Sequence record: OR979722.1
Source of the DNA: Escherichia phage ETEP21B
DNA length: 39,424 nucleotides
Strand: one strand, 5' to 3'
This document shows, piece after piece, positions 1 to 7,567 of this stretch. Numbering within the stretch: position 1 is the stretch's first letter; the number at the start of each line of letters is the position of its first letter. The position numbers and the translations under genes were made by a program. The notes below the pieces were generated by a model. The model saw only the letters and a list, made by a program, of their open reading frames with translations. It was not told where the DNA came from and did no database searches.

Positions 1-145
1 GTGTTACCACTAGATATGGGGCTTAGGGTGACTTAGTGATACTATATGTGGGCCTCTATGTGTCCCTATCTGTAATCACCTAGAGTCACCACCTAGAGTC
101 ACCACCTAGAGTCACCACCTAGAGTCACCACCTAGAGTCACCACC
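1..145. repeat. Left direct terminal repeat (DTR); identical to 39280-39424. True repeat probably extends to about 184 because the right copy is cut by the window end
   Basis: Exact match of window start to window end read by eye; core GTGTCCCTATCTGT resembles the T7 terminal-repeat sequence. Confidence 0.85.
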
Positions 146-184
146 TAGAGTCACCACCTAGATTCACCACCTAGAGTCACCACC
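77..184. repeat. Tandem array of about 8 copies of 13-bp unit CACCTAGAGTCAC (one variant copy CACCTAGATTCAC) at the inner edge of the terminal repeat
   Basis: Head-to-tail perfect copies visible directly in the sequence; same unit repeated at 39356-39424. Confidence 0.9.
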
Positions 185-381
185 TTATGTCAGACCAGTG
201 ACCTCTATCCTTATGTTAACCTTCAGTCGGTGCCTTCAGTTTATCAGTGACCAGTAGGCTTAGTCACAAAGGGATTCACTATCTTACTCTGTTTAGCAGT
301 CTCTGAGTAATGAGAGAGACACAAATAGAATTGACTGAGTGCCTATAGTGCCTTAAAGGTGACTAAGAGTCAATCCCTGAT

Positions 382-404
382 TAATGCGACTCACTAATGG
401 GATA
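382..404 (+). promoter_or_regulatory. Phage RNAP promoter (phiOL-like), TAATGCGACTCACTAATGGGATA
   Basis: Match to the T7-type promoter family found 15 times in the window; same position as phiOL in T7. Confidence 0.7.
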
Positions 405-435
405 GGCCGATTATGGTCTAATTATAATCCCTTCC

Positions 436-482
436 TTATAGGCTAACTTAAAGACTACTTAAAGATAACTTAAAGTCTAACT
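436..482. repeat. Three phased copies of ACTTAAAG (about 11-bp spacing) just upstream of the first early promoter
   Basis: aACTTAAAGactACTTAAAGataACTTAAAGtct seen in sequence; two more copies at 38605-38625. Confidence 0.7.
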
Positions 483-487
483 AAGGG

Positions 488-516
488 TTGACTCTAAGAA
501 ACAGCTATGGTTTAAT
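488..516 (+). promoter_or_regulatory. Host sigma70-type early promoter (A1-like): TTGACT, 17-bp spacer, TTTAAT
   Basis: -35/-10 pattern at the position of the T7 A1 promoter; -10 is weak. Confidence 0.45.
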
Positions 517-623
517 AGCTACCAGTTGAGAGACACAACGCTAACAACTACCAGACAAGACCTAGAGTTATCTGGTAAGGCTGAAGGGTCTCAAGTAGTC
601 ATCAACCAGACATACGAAAGTGG

Positions 624-652
624 TTGACTCAACGAAAGCAATAGCGTAGTAT
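624..652 (+). promoter_or_regulatory. Host sigma70-type early promoter: TTGACT, 17-bp spacer, TAGTAT
   Basis: Good -35/-10 hexamers and spacing; early leader region. Confidence 0.55.
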
Positions 653-874
653 AGCAGTCCTCAACACAAAGTAACCCTCTGAAACAACACGAGGTGTCAT
701 GGTGAAACAAGTGTTGATTAGTAGTAAGGTCGCTATCGGCTTCCACGGTAGCAGTTCGGGAAGGCACTAAAGCCTAACAAGTGGTTGACCACCACGAGAC
801 ATTAAGCGCCCACGAGTGGGAACAACGCGGAGTCAGACGGTCGCCCACTGAGGGGCTATAGCTCACAAATCAGG

Positions 875-904
875 TTGACAAGCTGATAAGAAAAGATGTA
901 AGAT
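875..904 (+). promoter_or_regulatory. Host sigma70-type early promoter: TTGACA, 18-bp spacer, TAAGAT
   Basis: Consensus -35 and good -10; resembles T7 A2/A3 promoters (TTGACAACATGAAGTAA...TAAGAT). Confidence 0.6.
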
Positions 905-1001
905 GTACGACATAACGTTCTCGTGAAGTCCCACACTGAAAGGGACTCGGTGCTAACAAACCTGCACTTAAAGCTCTTTAACAATTTGGATAAATAGCAC
1001 T

Positions 1002-1033
1002 CTTGAGATGACGGCACTAGCGATTAACTCAAG
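1002..1033 (+). promoter_or_regulatory. RNase III processing hairpin upstream of gene 0.3 (R0.3-like)
   Basis: CTTGAG...CTCAAG inverted repeat; surrounding leader CTCTTTAACAAT...AACTCAAGG parallels the T7 R0.3 region as I remember it. Confidence 0.5.
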
Positions 1034-1094
1034 GTGACTCGAAAGAGAAGCCTTTATGATAATCACTGTAACCAACATCGAGGAAATCATCACC

Positions 1095-1553
1095 ATGATT
1101 CACACTAAAGAGCAAGCTAACGTTTTCTATGTACTGGTAAGCGCATTCCGTTCTAACCTCGACGATGAGGTCAACATGAGTCGCCACCGTCACATGGTGA
1201 ACAACTTGCGCAACGCACCGGGTCTCTATGGTAGCGTTGAGTCTACTGATTTAACTGGCTGTTACCGCGAAGCCATCTCAAGCGCACCGACTGAAGAGAA
1301 AACAATCCGTGTACGTTGTAAAGACAAGGCACAGGTTCTCAATGTCGCACGTCTGGCTTGTAACGAGTGGGAACAAGATTGCGTACTGGTCTATAAGTCA
1401 CAGACTCACACGGCTGGCTTAGTGTACGCTAAAGGCATCGACGGGTACAAAGCTGAACGTCTGCACGGTAGCTTCCAGCGCATCCCTAAAGGTGCACCAA
1501 TCCAAGGCTGCTTCACGGTTGACGAGTTCGGTAAATACTGGCAGGTAGCATAA
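1095..1553 (+). CDS. 0.3: S-adenosylmethionine-degrading anti-restriction protein (T3 gene 0.3 SAMase type), 152 aa
   Basis: Translation ...ANVFYVLVSAFRSNL..VNMSRHRHMV..GLYGSVESTDLTGCYREAISSAPTEEK..CKDKAQ..NVARLACNEWEQDCVLVYKSQTHTAGLVYAKGIDGYKAERL matches T3 SAMase from memory; start chosen at the ATG after GAGGAA rather than the track start 1056. Confidence 0.8.
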   Translation: MIHTKEQANVFYVLVSAFRSNLDDEVNMSRHRHMVNNLRNAPGLYGSVESTDLTGCYREAISSAPTEEKTIRVRCKDKAQVLNVARLACNEWEQDCVLVYKSQTHTAGLVYAKGIDGYKAERLHGSFQRIPKGAPIQGCFTVDEFGKYWQVA

Positions 1554-1554
1554 C

Positions 1555-1752
1555 ATGGTCGCACTCTTCGTAATCACTGTGTACGCTCTGATTGGGGCGT
1601 ACTTCCTTCGAGACTTCCGCAAGGGTCTCAAGGTACACAAGGCTAACTTCTCGCACTTGAAGTATGGCTTTCTACCACGATTCACAGTCCGTGAACGCAA
1701 TGGGCGCTTTAAGGCTAACAAGGTTGGTATCTTCTATGTTGCAACACACTGA
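1555..1752 (+). CDS. Small early protein, 65 aa, hydrophobic N-terminus (gene 0.4-0.6 region)
   Basis: ORF immediately after gene 0.3 stop (TAACATG); position of T7 genes 0.4-0.6; no homology recognised. Confidence 0.5.
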   Translation: MVALFVITVYALIGAYFLRDFRKGLKVHKANFSHLKYGFLPRFTVRERNGRFKANKVGIFYVATH

Positions 1753-1900
1753 TAGTTTAACTAAGAAAGTTCTGTACACACTGGCATATGGTGCTACCAA
1801 CAAGACTCTAATGAGGGCATTGCACCTGAAGCGGATACCCGCCAGAAAGGTAGCAAAGGCATGTAAAGAAGCACGTTTAATCCTCAATTCTCTTTCTTAA
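1664..1900 (+). CDS. Possible small early protein overlapping the previous ORF in another frame; start uncertain (alternative ATGs at 1700, 1736, 1811)
   Basis: ORF fills the gap before gene 0.7; weak RBS; T7 has overlapping 0.6A/0.6B here. Confidence 0.3.
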   Translation: MAFYHDSQSVNAMGALRLTRLVSSMLQHTDSLTKKVLYTLAYGATNKTLMRALHLKRIPARKVAKACKEARLILNSLS

Positions 1901-1920
1901 ACTCAATAGGACACAATCTA

Positions 1921-3024
1921 ATGAACTACACCGACATTCAGGCACGTCTGGCAATCATCAAGTCACTCCCGCTTAGCGAACTGGACAAGCGCCAGCCTCT
2001 TCTGGTTGCACTGGCTGCTGACATCGTGAACGGTGAGACTAGTGACGGTAACGACACAGACGGGTCGCAGGGTCTTGAGTATCAGGACTGGTGGCACACT
2101 TTGGGTGCACTCATGCGTAATGCTGGGTTCCACCTGCTGGGTAATGGTCACTTCAGTGCGGCCTACTCGCACGAAATGTTACCGGGTCGAGTCATCAAGG
2201 TTGGCTTTAAGAAAGAGGATTCAGGCGCTGCTTACACGGCCTTCTGCCGGATGCACCAAGGTCGAGCGGGTATCCCTAACATCTATCACGTAGCACGTCA
2301 CGCTGGCTGTTATACGGTCGTACTGGACAAGCTGTTAGCATGTGACCGCTATGCTAATGATACACACGGGAACTATGCGAGTGCTGCCCGTGAGTTCATT
2401 GAGTGTACTGGCGGTGATGCTGAAGAGTACGCACAGTTTGTTAGCATGGAGTTCATCGAAACGTGCAAGATGATTCGTGAGTTCTTCTACGGGATTGCAT
2501 CATTCGACATGCACAGCGGTAACATCATGTTCGATGAGAACGATGTCGCTTACATCACTGACCCGGTTAGTTTCTCTCATGACCGTGAACGTGAGGGTGG
2601 TTTCCCGTTAGACCCTGAAGCATTGATTGCAGAGGTCGAGGCGATAGCTAACGAGCGCATCATTGAACGGTGTCGCAACCGTAAGGCAAAGCGTGACCCG
2701 AGCGGCACATTCCGCATCAACCGTAAGGCCAACATGAAGCGCCGCAAGCGTAACCGTAAACACGCCGAACGCGTGGCTAAACGCGACCGCTTACACTTTA
2801 TGGCAATCCGTAGGGAACGTGGTGTAATCGAACGAAACGAGCGCCGCGCTGAGATGCTCATGGGGTCTGATTGGCATAACTTCTGGTTGCACAATGGCAA
2901 CGCAACGGTACGCAAGGTTGACCAAGTGAACGGCCTTAAGTGGCAACTAGGGGACCGCCTAGCAATCCAAGCTGGTCTCCCTCTGAATATCGACAAGGTA
3001 CTTGACGCTCAACTGATGGGCTGA
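1921..3024 (+). CDS. 0.7: Serine/threonine protein kinase and host transcription shut-off protein (gp0.7), 367 aa
   Basis: Strong similarity to T7 gp0.7 (NGHFSAAYSH, VIKVGFKKEDSGAAYTAFCRM, FDMHSGNIMF, YITDPVSFS). Confidence 0.92.
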   Translation: MNYTDIQARLAIIKSLPLSELDKRQPLLVALAADIVNGETSDGNDTDGSQGLEYQDWWHTLGALMRNAGFHLLGNGHFSAAYSHEMLPGRVIKVGFKKEDSGAAYTAFCRMHQGRAGIPNIYHVARHAGCYTVVLDKLLACDRYANDTHGNYASAAREFIECTGGDAEEYAQFVSMEFIETCKMIREFFYGIASFDMHSGNIMFDENDVAYITDPVSFSHDREREGGFPLDPEALIAEVEAIANERIIERCRNRKAKRDPSGTFRINRKANMKRRKRNRKHAERVAKRDRLHFMAIRRERGVIERNERRAEMLMGSDWHNFWLHNGNATVRKVDQVNGLKWQLGDRLAIQAGLPLNIDKVLDAQLMG

Positions 3025-3097
3025 TAAGGTGTATCTTCAAGGTCGGCACTGACTGCTGGCCTTTATAGATAAACTTTCTTAACAACGTGAGGCAACA

Positions 3098-5749
3098 ATG
3101 ACTAACGTAATCAACGCACCAAAGAATGACTTCTCTGACATCGCTAACGCAATCCAGCCGTACAACATTCTGGCTGACCATTACGGTGCACAGCTTGCAG
3201 CTACACAGCTTGAGTTGGAACATGAAGCGCACACTGAGGGCGAGAAGCGTTTCCTTAAGGCAATGGAACGTCAAATCAAAGCGGGTGAGTTCGGTGATAA
3301 CGCAGTAGCTAAACCTCTCCTGTCATCCCTCGCACCGAAGTTCATCGAAGCGTGGGGCGCATGGTTCACCGAGGTGGAAGCGAAGCGTGGCAAGCGTCCA
3401 GTAGCCTACAATCTGGTACAGAAGGTTGCACCTGAAGCGGCAGCTTTCATCACATTGAAGGTCACACTAGCTTGTTTGACGAAAGAAGAGTTCACCAATC
3501 TGCAATCGGTCGCCACTAAGATTGGTCGAAGCATTGAGGATGAACTGCGTTTTGGTCGCATCCGTGACGAAGAGGCGAAGCACTTTAAGAACCACGTACA
3601 GGAGGCACTGAACAAGCGCGTTGGTATCGTCTACAAGAAAGCATTCATGCAAGCCGTAGAAGGCAAGATGCTTGATGCTGGTCAACTGCAAACCAAGTGG
3701 ACTACATGGACACCTGAAGAGACTATCCACGTTGGTGTGCGCATGTTGGAACTGCTCATAGGGTCTACTGGTCTCGTTGAGTTACACCGACCGTTTGCTG
3801 GTAACGTTGAGAAGGATGGCGAGTACATCCAGTTAACCGAGCAATACGTTGACCTGTTATCTAAACGTGCTGGCGCTCTGGCTGCGATTGCACCGATGTA
3901 TCAACCTTGTGTAGTCCCTCCGAAGCCTTGGACTTCTCCGGTCGGTGGTGGCTATTGGGCGGCTGGACGCAAGCCTCTCTCTCTGGTTCGCACTGGTTCC
4001 AAGAAGGGACTTGAGCGTTACAACGATGTGTACATGCCTGAAGTCTACAAGGCGGTGAACATCGCACAGAATACTCCTTGGAAGATTAACAAGAAGGTTC
4101 TGGCAGTGGTCAACGAGATTGTGAACTGGAAGCATTGCCCGGTTGAAGATGTCCCTGCTCTGGAACGTGGTGAACTGCCTGTCAAACCTGAAGACATCGA
4201 CACGAACGAGGCGTCACTCAAAGCGTGGAAGAAAGCGGCCTCCGCAATCTACCGCAAAGAGAAGGCACGAGTGTCACGCCGCATGAGCATGGAGTTCATG
4301 TTAGGTCAGGCCAATAAGTTCGCACAGTTTAAAGCTATCTGGTTCCCGATGAACATGGACTGGCGCGGTCGAGTGTATGCAGTCCCAATGTTTAACCCGC
4401 AAGGCAACGACATGACCAAAGGGCTGCTGACCTTGGCTAAAGGTAAACCAATCGGTGTCGATGGGTACTACTGGCTGAAGATTCACGGTGCTAACACTGC
4501 TGGTGTGGACAAGGTGGACTTTGCAGAACGCATCAAGTTCATTGAGGACAATCACGAGAACATCATGAGCGTTGCGGCTGACCCTATCGCTAACACTTGG
4601 TGGGCTGAACAAGACTCTCCGTTCTGCTTCCTCGCGTTCTGCTTTGAGTATGCGGGAGTCCAGCACCACGGGATGAACTACAACTGCTCTTTACCGCTGG
4701 CGTTCGATGGCTCTTGCTCTGGTATTCAGCACTTCTCCGCGATGCTCCGCGATGAGGTCGGTGGTCGTGCGGTTAACCTGCTTCCAAGCAAAGAGGTCCA
4801 AGACATTTACCGCATCGTTGCTGAACGTGTGAATGAGATTATGCAACAGGATGTAATCAACGGCACTGATAACGAAGTGGAAACCGTGACCAATAAGGAC
4901 ACTGGAGAAATCACTGAGAAGCTCAAGCTAGGAACGAAGGAACTGGCTGGTCAATGGTTGGCATATGGTGTGACTCGCAAGGTCACTAAGCGTTCCGTGA
5001 TGACCTTGGCTTATGGTTCCAAAGAGTACGGCTTCCGTGACCAAGTTCTTGAGGACACCATTCAGCCAGCTATTGACGATGGCAAGGGATTGATGTTCAC
5101 TCAACCGAACCAAGCGGCTGGCTACATGGCTAAACTGATTTGGAACGCGGTAACAGTGACAGTGGTCGCAGCGGTTGAAGCGATGAACTGGCTGAAGTCT
5201 GCGGCTAAACTTCTGGCTGCTGAAGTCAAGGACAAGAAGACCAAAGAGGTGCTTCGCAAACGTTGCGCAGTACATTGGGTAACTCCCGATGGCTTCCCGG
5301 TCTGGCAGGAATACAAGAAGCCAGTACAGACCCGCTTGAACCTGATGTTCCTAGGCCAGATTCGTCTGCAACCTACCGTGAACACCAACAAGGATAGCGG
5401 CATTGATGCACGTAAACAGGAGTCAGGCATCGCACCGAACTTTGTCCACTCAATGGATGGAAGCCACCTGCGAATGACTGTAGTGCGCTCCAATGAGGTC
5501 TACGGTGTGGAATCCTTCGCACTGATTCATGACTCCTTTGGTACTATCCCGGCTGACGCTGGCAACCTGTTTAAAGCTGTACGTGAAACGATGGTGAACA
5601 CCTACGAAGAAAACGATGTACTCGCAGACTTCTATGAACAGTTCGCTGACCAGTTGCACGAGTCACAGCTTGACAAGATGCCTGAGATGCCAGCTAAAGG
5701 CTCCCTCGACCTGCAAGAAATCCTCAAGTCAGACTTCGCGTTTGCTTGA
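3098..5749 (+). CDS. 1: Single-subunit DNA-directed RNA polymerase (T7 RNAP family), 883 aa
   Basis: Collinear with T7 RNAP over its whole length (same 883 aa; motifs PMYQPCVVPPKPW, RGRVYAV, DGSCSGIQHFSAM, specificity loop QPTVNTNKDSGIDA, C-terminal FAFA). Confidence 0.98.
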   Translation: MTNVINAPKNDFSDIANAIQPYNILADHYGAQLAATQLELEHEAHTEGEKRFLKAMERQIKAGEFGDNAVAKPLLSSLAPKFIEAWGAWFTEVEAKRGKRPVAYNLVQKVAPEAAAFITLKVTLACLTKEEFTNLQSVATKIGRSIEDELRFGRIRDEEAKHFKNHVQEALNKRVGIVYKKAFMQAVEGKMLDAGQLQTKWTTWTPEETIHVGVRMLELLIGSTGLVELHRPFAGNVEKDGEYIQLTEQYVDLLSKRAGALAAIAPMYQPCVVPPKPWTSPVGGGYWAAGRKPLSLVRTGSKKGLERYNDVYMPEVYKAVNIAQNTPWKINKKVLAVVNEIVNWKHCPVEDVPALERGELPVKPEDIDTNEASLKAWKKAASAIYRKEKARVSRRMSMEFMLGQANKFAQFKAIWFPMNMDWRGRVYAVPMFNPQGNDMTKGLLTLAKGKPIGVDGYYWLKIHGANTAGVDKVDFAERIKFIEDNHENIMSVAADPIANTWWAEQDSPFCFLAFCFEYAGVQHHGMNYNCSLPLAFDGSCSGIQHFSAMLRDEVGGRAVNLLPSKEVQDIYRIVAERVNEIMQQDVINGTDNEVETVTNKDTGEITEKLKLGTKELAGQWLAYGVTRKVTKRSVMTLAYGSKEYGFRDQVLEDTIQPAIDDGKGLMFTQPNQAAGYMAKLIWNAVTVTVVAAVEAMNWLKSAAKLLAAEVKDKKTKEVLRKRCAVHWVTPDGFPVWQEYKKPVQTRLNLMFLGQIRLQPTVNTNKDSGIDARKQESGIAPNFVHSMDGSHLRMTVVRSNEVYGVESFALIHDSFGTIPADAGNLFKAVRETMVNTYEENDVLADFYEQFADQLHESQLDKMPEMPAKGSLDLQEILKSDFAFA

Positions 5750-5756
5750 TGTGAAC

Positions 5757-5779
5757 TAATACGACTCACTAATGGGAAC
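5757..5779 (+). promoter_or_regulatory. Phage RNAP promoter (phi1.1A-like), TAATACGACTCACTAATGGGAAC; transcript begins with hairpin GAACCC-TTTG-GGGTTC (5776-5791)
   Basis: Consensus match; perfect 6-bp inverted repeat immediately at +3. Confidence 0.85.
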
Positions 5780-5841
5780 CCTTTGGGGTTCTCTAACTTT
5801 AAGATACACTTTAAGTTCTAACTCTAAGAGGAAACAACATT

Positions 5842-5991
5842 ATGCGTACCAACTTTGAACCAACCACTAAGCGCAACAACGTAATCAACGAACACGGCGC
5901 TGAATGGCAGGAACGTAAAGACCGCATGAAGAAGCGTCACAAGACACAACGCGGCAACGCTGAGAAACGCAACTGGAAGGAGGCACTCTAA
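5842..5991 (+). CDS. 1.1: Gene 1.1-like small basic protein, 49 aa (not in supplied ORF track; below length cut-off)
   Basis: ATG 8 nt after AGAGGAAAC; translation MRTNFEPTTKRNN...KRHKTQRGNAEKRNWKEAL resembles T7 gp1.1; stop overlaps start of gene 1.2. Confidence 0.7.
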   Translation: MRTNFEPTTKRNNVINEHGAEWQERKDRMKKRHKTQRGNAEKRNWKEAL

Positions 5992-6263
5992 TGGGTCGCT
6001 TATACAGTGGTAACTTAATAGCATACAAAGACGCTATCGAACGACTTAAAGAAGACCATGATGTAAGCGTGGTCGAAGAGACATTCCGTTATGAGAACTA
6101 TGCACAACGCCGCTGGGTATCCGGTGAGACTCTCCGCATTGTTCTACGCAATGGCCTCATACTGACATCCAAGTGTTTCGAACAGTCAGACGAAGATGTC
6201 CGGTGCAACGCACAGACCGAGTGGCTCCGCAAGGTACACGCAGACCTGAAGCACTGGAAGTAA
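5991..6263 (+). CDS. 1.2: gp1.2-like protein (T7 gp1.2 inhibits host dGTPase), 90 aa
   Basis: N-terminus MGRLYSGNL and C-terminus ...DLKHWK match T7 gp1.2. Confidence 0.8.
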   Translation: MGRLYSGNLIAYKDAIERLKEDHDVSVVEETFRYENYAQRRWVSGETLRIVLRNGLILTSKCFEQSDEDVRCNAQTEWLRKVHADLKHWK

Positions 6264-6283
6264 TACGACTCACTATTGCGAAA
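6261..6283 (+). promoter_or_regulatory. Phage RNAP promoter (phi1.3-like), TAATACGACTCACTATTGCGAAA; initiating region is GCGA rather than GGGA
   Basis: Perfect -17 to -5 consensus; overlaps the gene 1.2 stop as in T7. Confidence 0.75.
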
Positions 6284-6331
6284 GAGTTAAACTAAAGGTC
6301 ATCTTCACGGGCGGCCTTTGTGATTAACTTT
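6283..6331 (+). promoter_or_regulatory. RNase III-type processing element (R1.3-like): imperfect hairpin with internal loop; second near-identical copy at 12638-12684
   Basis: AGAGTTAAACTAAAGGTCATCT...GGCCTTTGTGATTAACTTT repeated at two sites that correspond to T7 R1.3 and R4.7. Confidence 0.6.
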
Positions 6332-6364
6332 GTTTACTTAATAACCAACAATAGGAGTTCCATA

Positions 6365-7384
6365 ATGGAAATCACATTCAAGACTAACCCTTTTAAAGCT
6401 GTATCCTACGTTGAGTCTGCCATTAAGAAAGCACTCGACAAAGCTGGCTACCTGATTGCTGACACTAAGCATGATGGTGTACGTGGTAACATCGTGGTTG
6501 ACAATACGGCTGACTGCCTGTGGCTATCCCGTGTCTCTAAGACCATCCCCGCGCTTGAGCACCTTAATGGGTTCGACCAACGCTGGGCTAATGTTCTCAA
6601 AGATGACCGCTGGATTTTCCCTGATGGTTTCATGCTGGATGGTGAACTGATGGTCAAAGGCGTAGACTTCAACACAGGGTCTGGCCTACTGCGTACCAAG
6701 TGGCTCAAGAAGACAAACTGTGAATTTGATATTGGTGGAGTAGAACCTCTCAAGGGGAGTAAAGTAGACTTCTGCTTAGACCCTAAGAAACTTAAGGTTG
6801 TATTGTATGCTGCTATGCCATATCACGATATGATAGAAGGCAAAGAGTATGACGTTATGTCCCTCCTGATGCAAGAGCATGTGCGTTCCCTCATTCCGGT
6901 TCTTAGTGAACACTTCCCGGAAATCACATGGGAACTCTCTGAAGCCAAGGAAGTCTACGACATGGTAGAACTTCAGGCTCTCTATGAGAAAGCTCGTGCC
7001 GATGGACACGAAGGTCTGGTTGTCAAAGACCCTCTGGAAGTCTACAAGCGAGGCAAGAAGTCTGGCTGGTGGAAGATGAAGCCTGAGAATGAAGCTGATG
7101 GTATTATCGTTGGTATCAATTGGGGGACTAAAGGTCTCGCTAATGAAGGCAAAGTGATTGGCTTCGAGGTTCTCTTGGAGTCCGGTCGTGTAGTTAACGC
7201 CAACAACATTAGTCAAGAGTTGATGAATGAGTTCACTAACACAGTGAACATTGAGGGTGCTACCTTCTACAATGGACATCAATGTCAGGTTGCCTACATG
7301 GAGGAAACTCCTGATGGTTCTCTGCGTCACCCATCGTTCGTTATGTTCCGTGGTGTCGAGTCAGACCCAATGGTCAAGATGTAA
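6365..7384 (+). CDS. 1.3: ATP-dependent DNA ligase, 339 aa
   Basis: Strong similarity to T7 ligase (TNPFKAVSYVESAIKKALD, KHDGVRGNI, LSRVSKTIPALEHLNGF, DGELMV, EGLVVKDP, SGWWKMKPE, MEETPDGSLRHPSFVMFRG); start at ATG after AGGAG instead of track start 6320. Confidence 0.95.
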   Translation: MEITFKTNPFKAVSYVESAIKKALDKAGYLIADTKHDGVRGNIVVDNTADCLWLSRVSKTIPALEHLNGFDQRWANVLKDDRWIFPDGFMLDGELMVKGVDFNTGSGLLRTKWLKKTNCEFDIGGVEPLKGSKVDFCLDPKKLKVVLYAAMPYHDMIEGKEYDVMSLLMQEHVRSLIPVLSEHFPEITWELSEAKEVYDMVELQALYEKARADGHEGLVVKDPLEVYKRGKKSGWWKMKPENEADGIIVGINWGTKGLANEGKVIGFEVLLESGRVVNANNISQELMNEFTNTVNIEGATFYNGHQCQVAYMEETPDGSLRHPSFVMFRGVESDPMVKM

Positions 7385-7394
7385 ATAAATCAAC

Positions 7395-7423
7395 GGTCAG
7401 TCCTTAGCGGGTCTGGCCTTTTT
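7395..7423 (+). terminator. Candidate intrinsic terminator after the ligase gene (TE-like): stem GGTCAGTCC/GGGTCTGGCC then TTTTT
   Basis: Hairpin with one mismatch and a G-U pair followed by a T-run; same location as T7 early terminator TE. Confidence 0.5.
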
Positions 7424-7429
7424 GCGTTT

Positions 7430-7452
7430 CTATACGACTCACTATGGAGGAA
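7430..7452 (+). promoter_or_regulatory. Phage RNAP promoter variant (phi1.5-like), CTATACGACTCACTATGGAGGAA
   Basis: Core CGACTCACTA retained; downstream region one base shorter than consensus. Confidence 0.55.
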
Positions 7453-7459
7453 CAACCTC

Positions 7460-7540
7460 ATGCTATTTCTAATTGTATCCGTCATTGCGGCGACTGCCGC
7501 TTGCATTATCATTGACGACAAGTTCTGGCCTGATTGCTAA
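7460..7540 (+). CDS. Tiny hydrophobic peptide, 26 aa (MLFLIVSVIAATAACIIIDDKFWPDC), between two promoters
   Basis: ATG 9 nt after GGAGGAA; single predicted transmembrane-like segment; not in ORF track. Confidence 0.4.
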   Translation: MLFLIVSVIAATAACIIIDDKFWPDC

Positions 7541-7560
7541 TACGACTCACCTATGGAGGA
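7538..7560 (+). promoter_or_regulatory. Phage RNAP promoter variant (phi1.6-like), TAATACGACTCACCTATGGAGGA
   Basis: Consensus -17 to -5 with altered -4 to +3. Confidence 0.6.
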
Positions 7561-7567
7561 AACACTT

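Noticed and set aside
77-184. Tandem repeat array considered as a CRISPR array
   Set aside because: Unit is only 13 bp with no intervening unique spacers, no cas genes are present, and the array lies inside the phage terminal repeat.
1056-1094. Upstream ATG extensions supplied by the ORF track (1056 for gene 0.3; also 6320 for ligase, 10226 for gene 4, 22198 for gene 11, 22631 for gene 12, 32624 for gene 17, 16217 for gene 6)
   Set aside because: Each extension lacks an RBS, runs through a promoter or the upstream gene, and the downstream ATG with a Shine-Dalgarno gives an N-terminus matching the T7 homolog.
3025-3097. Possible R1-like RNase III site or promoter between the kinase and RNA polymerase genes
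   Set aside because: I could not find a convincing hairpin or promoter hexamers by eye, so it is left unannotated.
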